Shown: positions 9,591-19,320, counted from the first letter of the stretch. The stretch is 64,000 nt of DNA from an uncultured Candidatus Saccharibacteria bacterium (GCA_964518965.1 CAZFJP010000010.1:30787-94786); one strand, 5' to 3'. Notes: generated by a model from the letters alone, not told the origin. Made by a program: numbers and translations.

Positions 9591-9669
9591 TTTTTTCTTT
9601 TTCTTAAGGAAAGAGAAGAAACCAATAACAAGACTCCTTTTTTCGGGTTTCCGGAGGGAGTTTTGTTTA

Positions 9670-9773
9670 CCTGCCAAACTTTCATAAATGGTATTAATCA
9701 AAAATTAATTCAAATTGATATTTTCTGATATCTATTAACTCTTGATTCAAATTGTTGATGAAAGTTAGGTGGG
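9670..9773. mobile_element. ~100-bp MITE-like hairpin element, family E copy 1
   Basis: Termini CCTGCCAAACTTTCAT / ATGAAAGTTAGGTGGG with inner AATCAA..TTGATT stem; homologous to 24553-24653 and 16514-16600. Confidence 0.65.
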
Positions 9774-9886
9774 TAGCTCTTGATTTCTTTTCCGGAATAT
9801 GCTATAAGTATAATTGGTCGTGCAACTGTGCGTTCTTTTTTATTTTATTAATTTTTAGATGTTTTCCAATCCAAGGAGGAGGATGG

Positions 9887-10315
9887 ATGACATTATTCAT
9901 CCGCAATTTTGTAAACAGGAAATGGATTCAGCGGCTTCGCCGTCGCAATCTTTCCTGTTACCGGGCTTTCAGGATGGGCCAACGCTCAATTATTTTAGCG
10001 TTAAGGTCCCATCTGCTAACCTATTGTACAGTTGAAGTTGAAAACCTTCCTGAACCGGAAGAGTTAAGGAGAATTCTTTTGGCGGAGGCAGATTTCCTAC
10101 TGCCTTTGCCGACCGGTGCTGATTCTATTAAGAAGGCATATCGGGATGGTCAAGAAGATGCGCTGGCTCAAGTGTTAATTTTGAGCATGGCGTATTATTT
10201 CTATCCCGATCGACTCGGTCAAGGATTGTCCTTGCCCTCTATAAGGGAAGGCTTTCGGGAACGAGCTTGTGCTCGTTTTCATCTTCCTTTTCGTCAACTT
10301 GTGATAGAGAAGTAG
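9887..10315 (+). CDS. Hypothetical protein
   Basis: AGGAGGAGG RBS before ATG 9887, upstream TATAAT, downstream hairpin with T-run. Confidence 0.6.
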   Translation: MTLFIRNFVNRKWIQRLRRRNLSCYRAFRMGQRSIILALRSHLLTYCTVEVENLPEPEELRRILLAEADFLLPLPTGADSIKKAYRDGQEDALAQVLILSMAYYFYPDRLGQGLSLPSIREGFRERACARFHLPFRQLVIEK

Positions 10316-10545
10316 TCGTGTCGTTTTTAATTATCCCCTGTGGGTAGTTTTTTAACAGGGGATTTTTTTATTTATTCCAAAAACAGAGTATAATAAAGAT
10401 GGTTTTGAAGTATAGCCCATTTTTTCAAATATGACTTTTTACCAAAAAAGATGGATTGTCTCCAGTACAAGTTCCCGGCAAGAGTCTAAGATATAGGGAT
10501 CTAAGAAAGGTAATTCGTTCTATCTACCTTTACCAAGTTGTTTCT

Positions 10546-10622
10546 CGGGGATTGGCCTAGTGGACTATGGCGCGCGCTTTGGGAGCGCGAGGTCGTGAGT
10601 TCGAATCTCACATCCCCGACCA
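10546..10622 (+). tRNA. tRNA-Pro(TGG)
   Basis: CGGGGATTGGCCTAGTGGACTATGGCGCGCGCTT-TGG-GAGCGCGAGGTCGTGAGTTCGAATCTCACATCCCCGACCA. Confidence 0.93.
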
Positions 10623-10681
10623 ATTAAATGCCTCTCAATTTTCACAATATCTTAATTCCGGCCAATTTTTATTCCTCTTCA

Positions 10682-10960
10682 ATGAAAAAACAATCGCGCT
10701 CCTGGTCTGATTACGTTACTAAGCATAGTAGGGCTTTAAGTTTGGAAAAGGGAATTTTTACTTGGAGAAACCCGCATCGCATTGCGCTTTCTTTGAAAAG
10801 ATCAGCGGGACGAAGTTTATGCCGCAAAGGAACACCGTTTCAGTCAGCAATGTCAATGTTGAATTTTTATATCAACCGTGCGGGCAGGAAACTAAATACT
10901 CAGCAGAGAAGTATTTTAGAGAAAGCAAAGAAAGAGTTGCAGGGGGTGTTCCGAAAGTAA
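10682..10960 (+). CDS. DUF3175-like small basic protein
   Basis: 'WS..VT..S.AL.LE.GIF', 'IALSLKRSA', 'FQSAMSMLNFYINRAG' match my recollection of DUF3175. Confidence 0.8.
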   Translation: MKKQSRSWSDYVTKHSRALSLEKGIFTWRNPHRIALSLKRSAGRSLCRKGTPFQSAMSMLNFYINRAGRKLNTQQRSILEKAKKELQGVFRK

Positions 10961-11114
10961 TCTCTAACTTTTCAAAGAATTATGGTATAATAACAACGGT
11001 TGAGGGTAGGGGGAATTTTATCCAGTTTTCTTGTTTGTTTAGGTTTAAATCACTATGGTTATTCCCTTTATCCCAGAGGATTTTAAAATCTTCTAGATTA
11101 GAAGGAGGATTATT

Positions 11115-11840
11115 ATGGAGCCAACAAAACTAAAACTTCCTGCTAAAAGTGGGTCTACCTCTGGTGGGAAGGCAATTGAAAAGAAGGAACGTAAGCCGGT
11201 GGGATTGATGATTTTAGTCATCATTCTTACTTTAATCATCGGCGGTGGAGTATTAGGTTACGGTGCTTACTATTATGCTTACAAAAAGGAAAGTAAAGAT
11301 AAATTAGAGTTGCAAAGACAAGTAGACAGTTTAAAAAGTCGGTTGACAAAATTAAAAAAAGATTTGAAAACTTGGCAAGAGAGAGAAAAAGAAATCTGTC
11401 CGATAGCTTTGACGGATGAAGAGAAAGCGACGATTGAAGGTTGGAAAACTTATACCAACAATCATTACCGATTTACTTTCCGCTACCCGGTTAGTTTTCG
11501 TCTTACTACCAACGAGGATGATCGACTCTCAATGGTGAGCAATGAAGATGGGGCAACATTTGAGTTCTTAAGTCGTGATTCTTCGGTCAGGGGTTATGAG
11601 GGCTATAAAACGATTTCTGAGAAGAGTATTCAAATTGATTGTGTAAGAAGCACTCGAGTTTATATTAAAGGCGATCGGAATTGGGGAGGAGATGTAAATT
11701 CTCGTATTATTTACGCTCAATTTACCAAGAGCAATATTCCCCATCTTATTGTTTTATCCTTTGTGACTCGCGGTGCTTCCTTTGATTCTGACATGGTTGA
11801 GTTATTTGAATTGATTGCAAAAACTATTGATTTTAAATAA
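11115..11840 (+). CDS. Membrane-anchored protein with PsbP-like domain
   Basis: TM, coiled coil, 'WKTYTNNHYRFTFRYP', C-terminal 'FELIAKTIDF'. Confidence 0.75.
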   Translation: MEPTKLKLPAKSGSTSGGKAIEKKERKPVGLMILVIILTLIIGGGVLGYGAYYYAYKKESKDKLELQRQVDSLKSRLTKLKKDLKTWQEREKEICPIALTDEEKATIEGWKTYTNNHYRFTFRYPVSFRLTTNEDDRLSMVSNEDGATFEFLSRDSSVRGYEGYKTISEKSIQIDCVRSTRVYIKGDRNWGGDVNSRIIYAQFTKSNIPHLIVLSFVTRGASFDSDMVELFELIAKTIDFK

Positions 11841-11858
11841 TAATAAAAAGGAGAACTT

Positions 11859-12587
11859 ATGAAAAAAATTTGGTTAATTATTTTAGTCGCAGCGGTTACT
11901 CTTGTTATCGGAGGGGGGGGAATAGCAGGATCATCGTACTTTTATTTTAATCACAAAGCTGCGCAAAAAAATGCTGATTTAAGTAAACAAGTTGATGATT
12001 TAACTTCTCAAGTAAAAGAGCTGAAGAAACAAATTGCTGCGGCAAAGAAGGATGTCGAAGAGGCAGAAAAAGAGACAACGAAGGTAGCGACATTAGATCC
12101 TACCGCTGGTTGGAAAACCTATACTAATAAAAAGTACAGCTATATCTTTAAATATCCACCGGAATATATTCTTGCTAAAAACAACAGCAAGAAAAATTCC
12201 TTAGCAGAGGATGCAAGCGGCAATGTTTCTCTTCAAGGAGATCTTTCTAAGAAAGGTTGGCCTTTAATTGATATTGTTCATTATAATAGTGACTTGTTTA
12301 GTATTCCTACTGGTGCCGATCTTTTAACTTGGTTGAAAAATCATACTGATACTTCTTTAAAAAATACTCTTCCAAATAGTTACAATTACACAATTAAAAC
12401 AACTAGCGGTAAAACTATTAAAGCGGTAAAGGCCTATAGTTCCCAAAGTCCGCAGGCCTATTCTCGACATGAGATTTATTTTGTCCACAGAGGGAAAATG
12501 CTGCGGATTACCATGTTAGATGTGACCCCATCTGGTGCAAAGAATTTTTATAATAATTTTCTATCTACTTTTAGAGCGATTGATTAG
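11859..12587 (+). CDS. Membrane-anchored protein with PsbP-like domain
   Basis: TM, coiled coil, 'WKTYTNKKYSYIFKYP', C-terminal 'FLSTFR'. Confidence 0.75.
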   Translation: MKKIWLIILVAAVTLVIGGGGIAGSSYFYFNHKAAQKNADLSKQVDDLTSQVKELKKQIAAAKKDVEEAEKETTKVATLDPTAGWKTYTNKKYSYIFKYPPEYILAKNNSKKNSLAEDASGNVSLQGDLSKKGWPLIDIVHYNSDLFSIPTGADLLTWLKNHTDTSLKNTLPNSYNYTIKTTSGKTIKAVKAYSSQSPQAYSRHEIYFVHRGKMLRITMLDVTPSGAKNFYNNFLSTFRAID

Positions 12588-13519
12588 TGACTAAATTATT
12601 TAAAATCTTTTTACTTGTTGGTGGTGCTGTTGTTCTTACTTTCGGGATTGCTTTTGGTAGTTACGCTGTCGTGAAACACTTTCAAAAGAAGAATGGAGAG
12701 AAGCAAGAACAAAAACAAACGGCGCAAAAAAGTAATCGTCAGGAAAAATCAAAGACAGTAGCGAGAAAAAAACCTGCCTACACATTAGTTTCTTATGCTG
12801 GCATTGTTTTTGGTGCGAAGGTCCCAAGAGGTTGGCAGATTACTGATAATGAAAGTGGCATTGATATCATGAATCCTTCCGATAAGCAAATGGGTGCTAG
12901 TGGGGCAGTTGCAGTTGGTTGGTTTGGAACAGCGACTCCGGACAGTTTTATTGACTTTATGATTAAAGCAATCGGTGGTCATAATGTAAAATATCTGAAT
13001 GTTTCTGTTAAGGAAACAGTTAAAGATCCCTACACTGGGCTTAGGTGGGTAATGCGTACGAAAACTTTTCTTTTTACCAATAAAGAGGGAAAAAGAATTA
13101 AAGCGAAGGCATCGGCGGGAGTTTTGAACGGCTATGGACAGTTTAGCGGAATGATTGTTGCATTTCAATCAACACCGGATAAGTGGAGTAAGTGGGCGCC
13201 GACATTGGAACGTGTCGCCCAATCAATTACGATTATCAACCCGAGTAAAGCCGGAGGGATTGATAAGGTTCGTTTGCCAACGGCAGCGGATTTGGCTAAT
13301 GATTCCTCGCCACTGATGGAAGCATGGGAATATCGCAATCAGGTACAGGAAAAAACTTCTCATGAATTTTCCGATGCCATTATGGGACAAGAATCAGGCT
13401 TATATTCTCCTTCAACGGGAAGATCCTATATACTTCCTTTGACTGCCTACGATCCTACTATTGGCGGCTATCGTAATCCTGATAAACCGTCAGAAATTTT
13501 AAGGGATCGCTATCGGTAA
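12587..13519 (+). CDS. Membrane-anchored hypothetical protein
   Basis: N-terminal TM; GTG start overlaps the upstream stop. Confidence 0.75.
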   Translation: MTKLFKIFLLVGGAVVLTFGIAFGSYAVVKHFQKKNGEKQEQKQTAQKSNRQEKSKTVARKKPAYTLVSYAGIVFGAKVPRGWQITDNESGIDIMNPSDKQMGASGAVAVGWFGTATPDSFIDFMIKAIGGHNVKYLNVSVKETVKDPYTGLRWVMRTKTFLFTNKEGKRIKAKASAGVLNGYGQFSGMIVAFQSTPDKWSKWAPTLERVAQSITIINPSKAGGIDKVRLPTAADLANDSSPLMEAWEYRNQVQEKTSHEFSDAIMGQESGLYSPSTGRSYILPLTAYDPTIGGYRNPDKPSEILRDRYR

Positions 13520-13534
13520 TTTTATTATTTTTTA

Positions 13535-14344
13535 ATGTCACAAACTATGAGAAAAATTTTTGTTATCTTACTTGTTGGATTTTTAATTGTTCTTCTTGGA
13601 GGTGGAACAGTAGCTGGTTATGGTTTTTATCGTGCTTCATTGGTTAAAAGCTATGCTCGTGAAGCGAAGAGAATTATGGAAGAGAGTAATCAAGTTTGGA
13701 GTCAAAAGAAATTAGAGAATACTAATTACACGGAGGAAGAAATTAAAGAGCAGGTGAGATTGATTAGATCGGATAGTGAGAAGCGCTTGAATGAACTAGC
13801 TCAATTGCGGGCTGTTAGAGACGTTAGTGATTTAAAAAGATGGAGTGAAGATTATTTTACTACTGCGAGGGAAATAGCAATTCAATTTGAGAAAGTTTTT
13901 GATTATCTTGATGCTTTGAAAAATGTTGAAGATAGCTTGCGTTCTTTGAGTGGATCAACAAGTGGTTTTGATGAGTTTGCGAGTAAATTCGGTGCTTTTC
14001 ACAAGCGGCTCAATAGTTCATTGACTAAGTTGAAAGAAACTGCTGCGCCAGTTGGTTTTGAGAATTTTCATCAGAGTTTTGTAAAGTACTTGGATAATTT
14101 GGATCAACTAATTGTTGATGCAGTGGACGCGGCCAAAAAACATGATGCTAATAAGCTGAATACTTTTGGGCCGGAGTTTGACAAGTTAATTAAAACAGGC
14201 GAATCAATTAAACCGCCTGCCGAAGACCAAACTTTTGAGAAAATTGCGACTAGAGAAAATAAAGATATATTAAGAGAGTATCCTGACAAGGTGAAGAGAG
14301 AAGCTGATCTTTTACTTAAAACTAGATTCAGTTTTAATTTCTAA
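13535..14344 (+). CDS. Membrane-anchored alpha-helical hypothetical protein
   Basis: N-terminal TM followed by a helical, charged domain. Confidence 0.75.
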   Translation: MSQTMRKIFVILLVGFLIVLLGGGTVAGYGFYRASLVKSYAREAKRIMEESNQVWSQKKLENTNYTEEEIKEQVRLIRSDSEKRLNELAQLRAVRDVSDLKRWSEDYFTTAREIAIQFEKVFDYLDALKNVEDSLRSLSGSTSGFDEFASKFGAFHKRLNSSLTKLKETAAPVGFENFHQSFVKYLDNLDQLIVDAVDAAKKHDANKLNTFGPEFDKLIKTGESIKPPAEDQTFEKIATRENKDILREYPDKVKREADLLLKTRFSFNF

Positions 14345-14346
14345 AT

Positions 14347-15522
14347 ATGAATAAAATTCTCAAATGGCTTGTTATTCCACTTATTGTTGTAATCATTGCT
14401 TTTGCAGGTTACTTTCTTTATCAGAAGTTTATCAAGGCAAAACAGACTCCAGCAGGAATTACTAAAACTCAAAGCAAAATTCAATTGACTATTCCGGAGA
14501 AGATCCTTAATAACAAGTTTGGTTTTCTTTCTGGTGGAGTAAAAGATATTAAAACAATTAAAGAGTATGGTGCTGCTTGGGTAAGACCACACCCGGGACC
14601 GTTTCTTTGGGATGCGATGCAGGATAATAAAGATAGTCAAATTGATTTCGTCAATAGTGATGAAGTAGTAACCCGTTACTCGGAAAATGAGCTGGGAATT
14701 GTAGCAACAATCTGGCCGTTTGCGGAATGGGATCAAAAGAATCATCCTAACTATGCGGCTTGCCGAGTAAGTGATAACGATGAGTTTTTACCCAAGAACG
14801 ATAAGAAGGGTCGTGGTGATTATTTGCCTTATCATCGCGGGAATCCTTATGACTGGGCGAGTTATCAAAACTGGGTGATGGAAGTAGTAGAACGTTATGA
14901 TGGAGATGGTAACGAAGATATGCCAAATTTAAAGATCCCAATTAAGTATTGGGAGGTAATGAATGAACCAGATCTGGAGAGTCCTGAGGGAGATCAAGGT
15001 AGCCGTTTGGATTTTTATAAGGGTGATGCCAGTGATTATGCACAATTGTTGATTAAGACCAGCGAAGCAATTCGTAAGGCTGACTCTGAAGCAGAGATTT
15101 TAATTGCTGGCGCTGCGGGAGGTAATAATACTTTCTTGGATTTTTATCGTTCCGTTTTTAAAAATAAGAAAGCTATTGCGGCATTTGATATTGGTAATGT
15201 CCATTGTATTTCAAATGATAGTTATGATTCGTTTAATGTTGAACCTTATAAGAAAATGTTGGCGGAGTTTGGAGTCAAGAAACCGATTTGGGTGACAGAA
15301 GCGGAGGCGTTTATTTATCAGGATGCCGGTTCTAATGCAACACAAACATTTAATAGTGTAAGGAAAGCACTTTCGTTGGGTGCGCAACGAATTTTCTTCA
15401 CCCGCTATGAGTTTAAGCAAAAAGGGGAAGGTGTAAAACCGCCGCTTTATTCCGCACCGATTAAGATAACCATAAAAGGGGAAGACCCCAGAGCGGCTTA
15501 TCAGAAAATCATTGGTCAATAG
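14347..15522 (+). CDS. Membrane-anchored clan GH-A glycoside hydrolase (GH39/GH5-like)
   Basis: 'VERYDGDG', 'YWEVMNEPD' (acid/base), 'KPIWVTEA' (nucleophile). Confidence 0.8.
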   Translation: MNKILKWLVIPLIVVIIAFAGYFLYQKFIKAKQTPAGITKTQSKIQLTIPEKILNNKFGFLSGGVKDIKTIKEYGAAWVRPHPGPFLWDAMQDNKDSQIDFVNSDEVVTRYSENELGIVATIWPFAEWDQKNHPNYAACRVSDNDEFLPKNDKKGRGDYLPYHRGNPYDWASYQNWVMEVVERYDGDGNEDMPNLKIPIKYWEVMNEPDLESPEGDQGSRLDFYKGDASDYAQLLIKTSEAIRKADSEAEILIAGAAGGNNTFLDFYRSVFKNKKAIAAFDIGNVHCISNDSYDSFNVEPYKKMLAEFGVKKPIWVTEAEAFIYQDAGSNATQTFNSVRKALSLGAQRIFFTRYEFKQKGEGVKPPLYSAPIKITIKGEDPRAAYQKIIGQ

Positions 15523-15567
15523 TACTTAATTTGCTATAACTAGTTTACTTTTTAATTAAAAGAGAAG

Positions 15568-16311
15568 ATGAAGCTCAAGTTATTTCTCCATAGTTTTCTA
15601 ACAGTAATGATTGCCGCAGGGTTAGTGATGATTTTTCTACCTCAAAAAGTACTTGCCGATGATGATGACTTGCATGTAAAAGTGGAGGCTTCAACTGATG
15701 GTGGCAATACTTGGCACACTTATGATGGCACTGAATTTAAAGATGGTGAGAGTGTTGCATTGAAACCAGGTGGTTGGTTCAAGTTTCGGGTTAAGCTGTG
15801 GAATACTTACACTAAAGACATGACTGACATTAGGGGTTATTTAGTGTTTTATTTGAATCAAAGCAAGTGGGTTTTTGAACCCTTGAGTATGTCACAAATT
15901 GATTTGGACACCGATGGTAATGGTCGTTCTTATTATGGAATACTTGCGGAGATTTCTAATTTGGCTACTCCGGTAGGGGGAATGATTAGTCAGTTGGATG
16001 CCAATGGGACTGAAGAAACAGCAGAAATTTGTGAGTTTAGTATGCAAGTTAAGCCAGAGGATGAGCTACCTCCAGGAGAGATAGTGGTCCGAGGAGTTGC
16101 AAAAGTGTTATCTTACGAACAATCAAGAGCCGGCGAGATTTCAGTGAAAACTGCAATTGATGTTAACCTCTACTCGAGTTTTAGAGGTGTCTTAAATGTT
16201 ACTACTAGTGAAGAATTGGTTGCATCAGGAATAAATTTTCCCCTCTTGTTTCTAATTCCGTTTTTTCTCAGTATTTTAGGTTGGTTTGCTTTTCGTAAAT
16301 TTACTGCTTAA
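15568..16311 (+). CDS. Secreted protein with C-terminal sortase-type sorting signal
   Basis: Signal peptide; ends in LVASG, a hydrophobic helix and an RK tail. Confidence 0.7.
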   Translation: MKLKLFLHSFLTVMIAAGLVMIFLPQKVLADDDDLHVKVEASTDGGNTWHTYDGTEFKDGESVALKPGGWFKFRVKLWNTYTKDMTDIRGYLVFYLNQSKWVFEPLSMSQIDLDTDGNGRSYYGILAEISNLATPVGGMISQLDANGTEETAEICEFSMQVKPEDELPPGEIVVRGVAKVLSYEQSRAGEISVKTAIDVNLYSSFRGVLNVTTSEELVASGINFPLLFLIPFFLSILGWFAFRKFTA

Positions 16312-16438
16312 AAAATATTAGAAATGTTAACAGGGGAAAAAGCTTTCTATTTAGAAAGTAACTTTTTGGTTACACTCAATGCTTTATGAGAGTTTCTAGG
16401 AAATTTATCTTCCGAGATCTCGGACAAGCAAGATGCAG

Positions 16439-16513
16439 GCGGGATTAGTATAATGGCTAGTATGTCAGCTTTCCAAGCTGAAGATGCCGGTTCGATTCCG
16501 GTATCCCGCTCCA
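16439..16513 (+). tRNA. tRNA-Gly(TCC)
   Basis: GCGGGATTAGTATAATGGCTAGTATGTCAGCTT-TCC-AAGCTGAAGATGCCGGTTCGATTCCGGTATCCCGCTCCA. Confidence 0.93.
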
Positions 16514-16600
16514 TCCGCCCAAACTTCATCATGAAGCTAAATCAAGACTTACTAGAACTGATAATTTTTTGAGTTTAGAATGTCTTGATTGGTATTGAAG
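16514..16600. mobile_element. Family E hairpin element copy 2, right end degenerate
   Basis: TCCGCCCAAACTTCATC...AATCAAGAC..GTCTTGATT..TTGAAG, starting at the base after the tRNA CCA. Confidence 0.6.
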
Positions 16601-16636
16601 CACCTGTTGTGATTTTTAAAATTAAAAGGAGGGACT

Positions 16637-16935
16637 ATGTACTTTGTTTACATCCTAGGAAGTTTTAAGGATAGTAAACTGTATATCGGTTTTACTTCAA
16701 GAGGTTTGAATCGTCTTGAAGAACATTTAAATTGAGAGGTAGAATCGACGAAATTCAGAAGGCCATTGAGATTAATTTGTTATGAAGCTTACCTGAAGCT
16801 TACCTATTGATGATTGGTGCACAAAATCGGGAGAAGTTTTTTAGATCGGGATGGGGAAGAGCTTATATTAATAAAAATCTGAAGCACACTTTAAGACTAC
16901 TCGCTAAGCTTAGAGAGAATAATCGTGATCGTTAA
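16637..16935 (+). pseudogene. Small GIY-YIG nuclease (UPF0213/YhbQ-like) pseudogene
   Basis: AGGAGG RBS; MYFVYILGSFKDSKLYIGFT..NRLEEHLN*EVESTKFRRPLRLICYEAY..AQNREKFFRSGWGR. In-frame TGA at 16733, and an 11-bp tandem duplication TGAAGCTTACC (16783-16804) causes a frameshift. Confidence 0.85.
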
Positions 16936-18226
16936 CTTTTTCCGCAAATTAAAATCCTCTTTTTCAGCCTCGGAAAATAGAGCTCTTTTTCTGATTGGTC
17001 TTTTAATTCTCATCTTCTTTACTAGTCTAAACTGGAATGCTTGGGCAAAGGATGTTTGGAGGGGAAGAGCAAAAGATGAGATTGTTCCTTCGTGGGAAGG
17101 GGAAATTGTCAAGCAGGAGATTAATAGGATTGTGCGGTTGCCGGAAATTAGGTCTAGAAAAGTAACTATCGTAAAGAAAGAAACTTCTGTGCAAAATGCT
17201 ACTACTGGTCTCACCGGTCCCGCGGTTTACATTAGTGCTTATGATTATCATACGCAGGCTGATCTACAAAGGGTTTTTGAGGAAGTAAGTAGTGCCGGAA
17301 TTAAGACCGTTTTTTTTCAAGTGAGAAATGTCGCTGATGCTTACTATCGCTCTTCTTATGAACCATGGGCGGAAAGTTTGACTGGAGTGTTAGGGCGTGA
17401 TCCTCATTGGGATCCTTTGAGTTTTGCGATTAGGCAGGCACAAAAGCGAAAAATGCATTTGTATGCTTGGATTAACATCTATACACTCTGGCGTGGAGAG
17501 ATCGCTCCTAATTCTAAAGATCATTTGTATTGGAAACACCGTGACTGGATTGTTTATGAGAAGGATAAAGGAAGGATGCAGTTGAACCCCGGCTATCTCT
17601 ATGTTTCACCGGGAAATCCGGCAGTTAATCAGTATCTCAAGAAGATTTGTTTAGATATTGTCTCACGCTATCGTATTGATGGATTACTCTTAGATCAATT
17701 GATTTATCCTAATCGCTATTATTCTTATGATTCTGTTTCGCTGAATAATTTTCGGGCACAGAAGGATTTAAATTGGAATGAATGGCGGGTGATACAAATT
17801 AGCAATTTTGTTAGAGACCTTCGGACGGAATTGAAAGCGCAAGTGCCCGCCAAAAGCGGGTCCGTCTCTGGCGGAAAAGTAAAAGTGGGTGCTTCGGTTT
17901 GCGGTCGTTATTCGGAAGGGAAAACTGAGTACGGTCAAGATTCAGTTTATTGGGTAAAACATAGTTGGGTGGATTTTATTGTACCACTGATTGAATGGAG
18001 TTTAAATGAGAGCCCGCGCTTTGATTTGCAGGTAAGGGATTTTAAGAATCGGGTTGGGACAAAGAAATTGTGGGTAGGAATTAGTGCTTACCGATTTGGC
18101 AGTAGTTTTTCGGAATTAAGTAATCAGGTTAAAGCAGCAAAAAAGGAAAATTTGGGAAACTTTGCTTTTTATGCTTATCGTCATCTTAAAGGTAAATGGG
18201 CAATTCTCAATAATTTAATTAAGTAA
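16925..18226 (+). CDS. GHL10/DUF187 family glycoside hydrolase-like protein
   Basis: 'VFFQVR..ADAYY.S', 'DPL..AI..A.KR.M.LYAW', 'PGNPAV', 'YRIDG', 'QD...W'; exact start uncertain. Confidence 0.85.
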   Translation: MIVNFFRKLKSSFSASENRALFLIGLLILIFFTSLNWNAWAKDVWRGRAKDEIVPSWEGEIVKQEINRIVRLPEIRSRKVTIVKKETSVQNATTGLTGPAVYISAYDYHTQADLQRVFEEVSSAGIKTVFFQVRNVADAYYRSSYEPWAESLTGVLGRDPHWDPLSFAIRQAQKRKMHLYAWINIYTLWRGEIAPNSKDHLYWKHRDWIVYEKDKGRMQLNPGYLYVSPGNPAVNQYLKKICLDIVSRYRIDGLLLDQLIYPNRYYSYDSVSLNNFRAQKDLNWNEWRVIQISNFVRDLRTELKAQVPAKSGSVSGGKVKVGASVCGRYSEGKTEYGQDSVYWVKHSWVDFIVPLIEWSLNESPRFDLQVRDFKNRVGTKKLWVGISAYRFGSSFSELSNQVKAAKKENLGNFAFYAYRHLKGKWAILNNLIK

Positions 18227-18242
18227 TTCTAAGGAGTGAATT

Positions 18243-18818
18243 ATGTCTAAGTTTTTCGTTGTACTTTTGATCATTGTTATTCTTGCTTTGATTAGTGGAG
18301 GAGTGTATGGATATTGGTACTTTAATCAGAGGTTAAATGATCAATCAAAGACCATTGATGATTTAAAGAGTAAGTTAGCAGAAGAAGCTATTACTAAGGA
18401 AACTACAGAAGATAGTACCAAGCTTACTCAGACATATCGCAGTCAAAGTTCTGGTTTTGAAATTAGTTATTTAACAGGTTGGACAGCTAGTGAAGCACCG
18501 TTACAGCAAAGTGAAGAAGGAACCGTTGAGACCGTTTATTTTAAGGATAGCAGTGGTAAGACAATTGTGACAGTTTCTGTTCAACCGACGAGTATGGAAG
18601 GGATGCTAAAGGAGAGTTTTGAAATTAAGCAGACGACCACAGTTACGATTGATAGCGTCAATTTTCAAAAATTAAGTGTTCTGGATAATCAGAGTGGTAA
18701 GGAAATGATTTATTATCTCGCTAAGAAAGGCGGCAAGCTCTATACTTTCAGTGCAAAAGAGGCGGATGCTACCACTTTAGAGAAAATGGTTAATTCTTTT
18801 AAATTTCCGACGAGCTGA
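18243..18818 (+). CDS. Membrane-anchored PsbP-like protein
   Basis: TM, coiled coil, 'GFEISYLTGW', C-terminal 'MVNSFKF'. Confidence 0.72.
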   Translation: MSKFFVVLLIIVILALISGGVYGYWYFNQRLNDQSKTIDDLKSKLAEEAITKETTEDSTKLTQTYRSQSSGFEISYLTGWTASEAPLQQSEEGTVETVYFKDSSGKTIVTVSVQPTSMEGMLKESFEIKQTTTVTIDSVNFQKLSVLDNQSGKEMIYYLAKKGGKLYTFSAKEADATTLEKMVNSFKFPTS

Positions 18819-19117
18819 TGATTGCAAAGCAAGAAAAGGTTTATCGTCTTTTAAGCCGAATTCCGAAAAATCGTCTCACTACCTACAAAAGTTTGGCGAG
18901 AAAACTAGGTAATTCTCGTTTAAGCAGAGCAGTAGGTAGGTGGATGCATGTAAATCCTTATCCAACGAGAAGGGTTCCTTGCTTTCGGGTGATTAAAAGT
19001 AGTGGAGAAGTAGGTGGTTATGCTGGTGGTATAAGATTAAAAATCAGCAAACTAAAACAAGCGGGATTCAGTGTCAAAAATAATAAAGTAGTTAATTATC
19101 AAAAATTAATTTGGTAA
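18818..19117 (+). CDS. MGMT/Ogt C-terminal-domain-only DNA alkylation repair protein
   Basis: 'TTYKSLA', 'RAVG', 'NP..VPCFRV', 'GGYAGG'. Confidence 0.85.
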   Translation: MIAKQEKVYRLLSRIPKNRLTTYKSLARKLGNSRLSRAVGRWMHVNPYPTRRVPCFRVIKSSGEVGGYAGGIRLKISKLKQAGFSVKNNKVVNYQKLIW

Positions 19118-19122
19118 GTAAA

Positions 19123-19320
19123 ATGGAAATCAATCCTAAGATGAAAATTGAAGAAGTTTTGAAACTTCGTCCCAACGCACCAGCAATCATGATGGAATAT
19201 GGTTTTCCTTGTGTCGGTTGTCCTTTGGCGCAACTTGAGACGTTAGAGGATGGAGCGAAGAAACATGGAATTAGTGGCGAAAAATTTAGTCAGTTTTTAG
19301 AGGAGATTAACAATTGTTAA
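19123..19320 (+). CDS. DUF1858 / redox disulfide domain protein
   Basis: 'YGFPCVGCPLAQLETLEDGAKKHGI'. Confidence 0.85.
   Translation: MEINPKMKIEEVLKLRPNAPAIMMEYGFPCVGCPLAQLETLEDGAKKHGISGEKFSQFLEEINNC

Noticed and set aside
10546-16513. Prophage or ICE between tRNA-Pro and tRNA-Gly
   Set aside because: No integrase, phage genes or duplicated tRNA 3' end seen
16733-16735. TGA at a likely Gly position, suggesting UGA=Gly recoding (code 25)
   Set aside because: TGA is the normal stop of lysS, aspS and scpB, long genes have no internal TGA, the adjacent tRNA-Gly has a TCC anticodon, and the gene also has a frameshift
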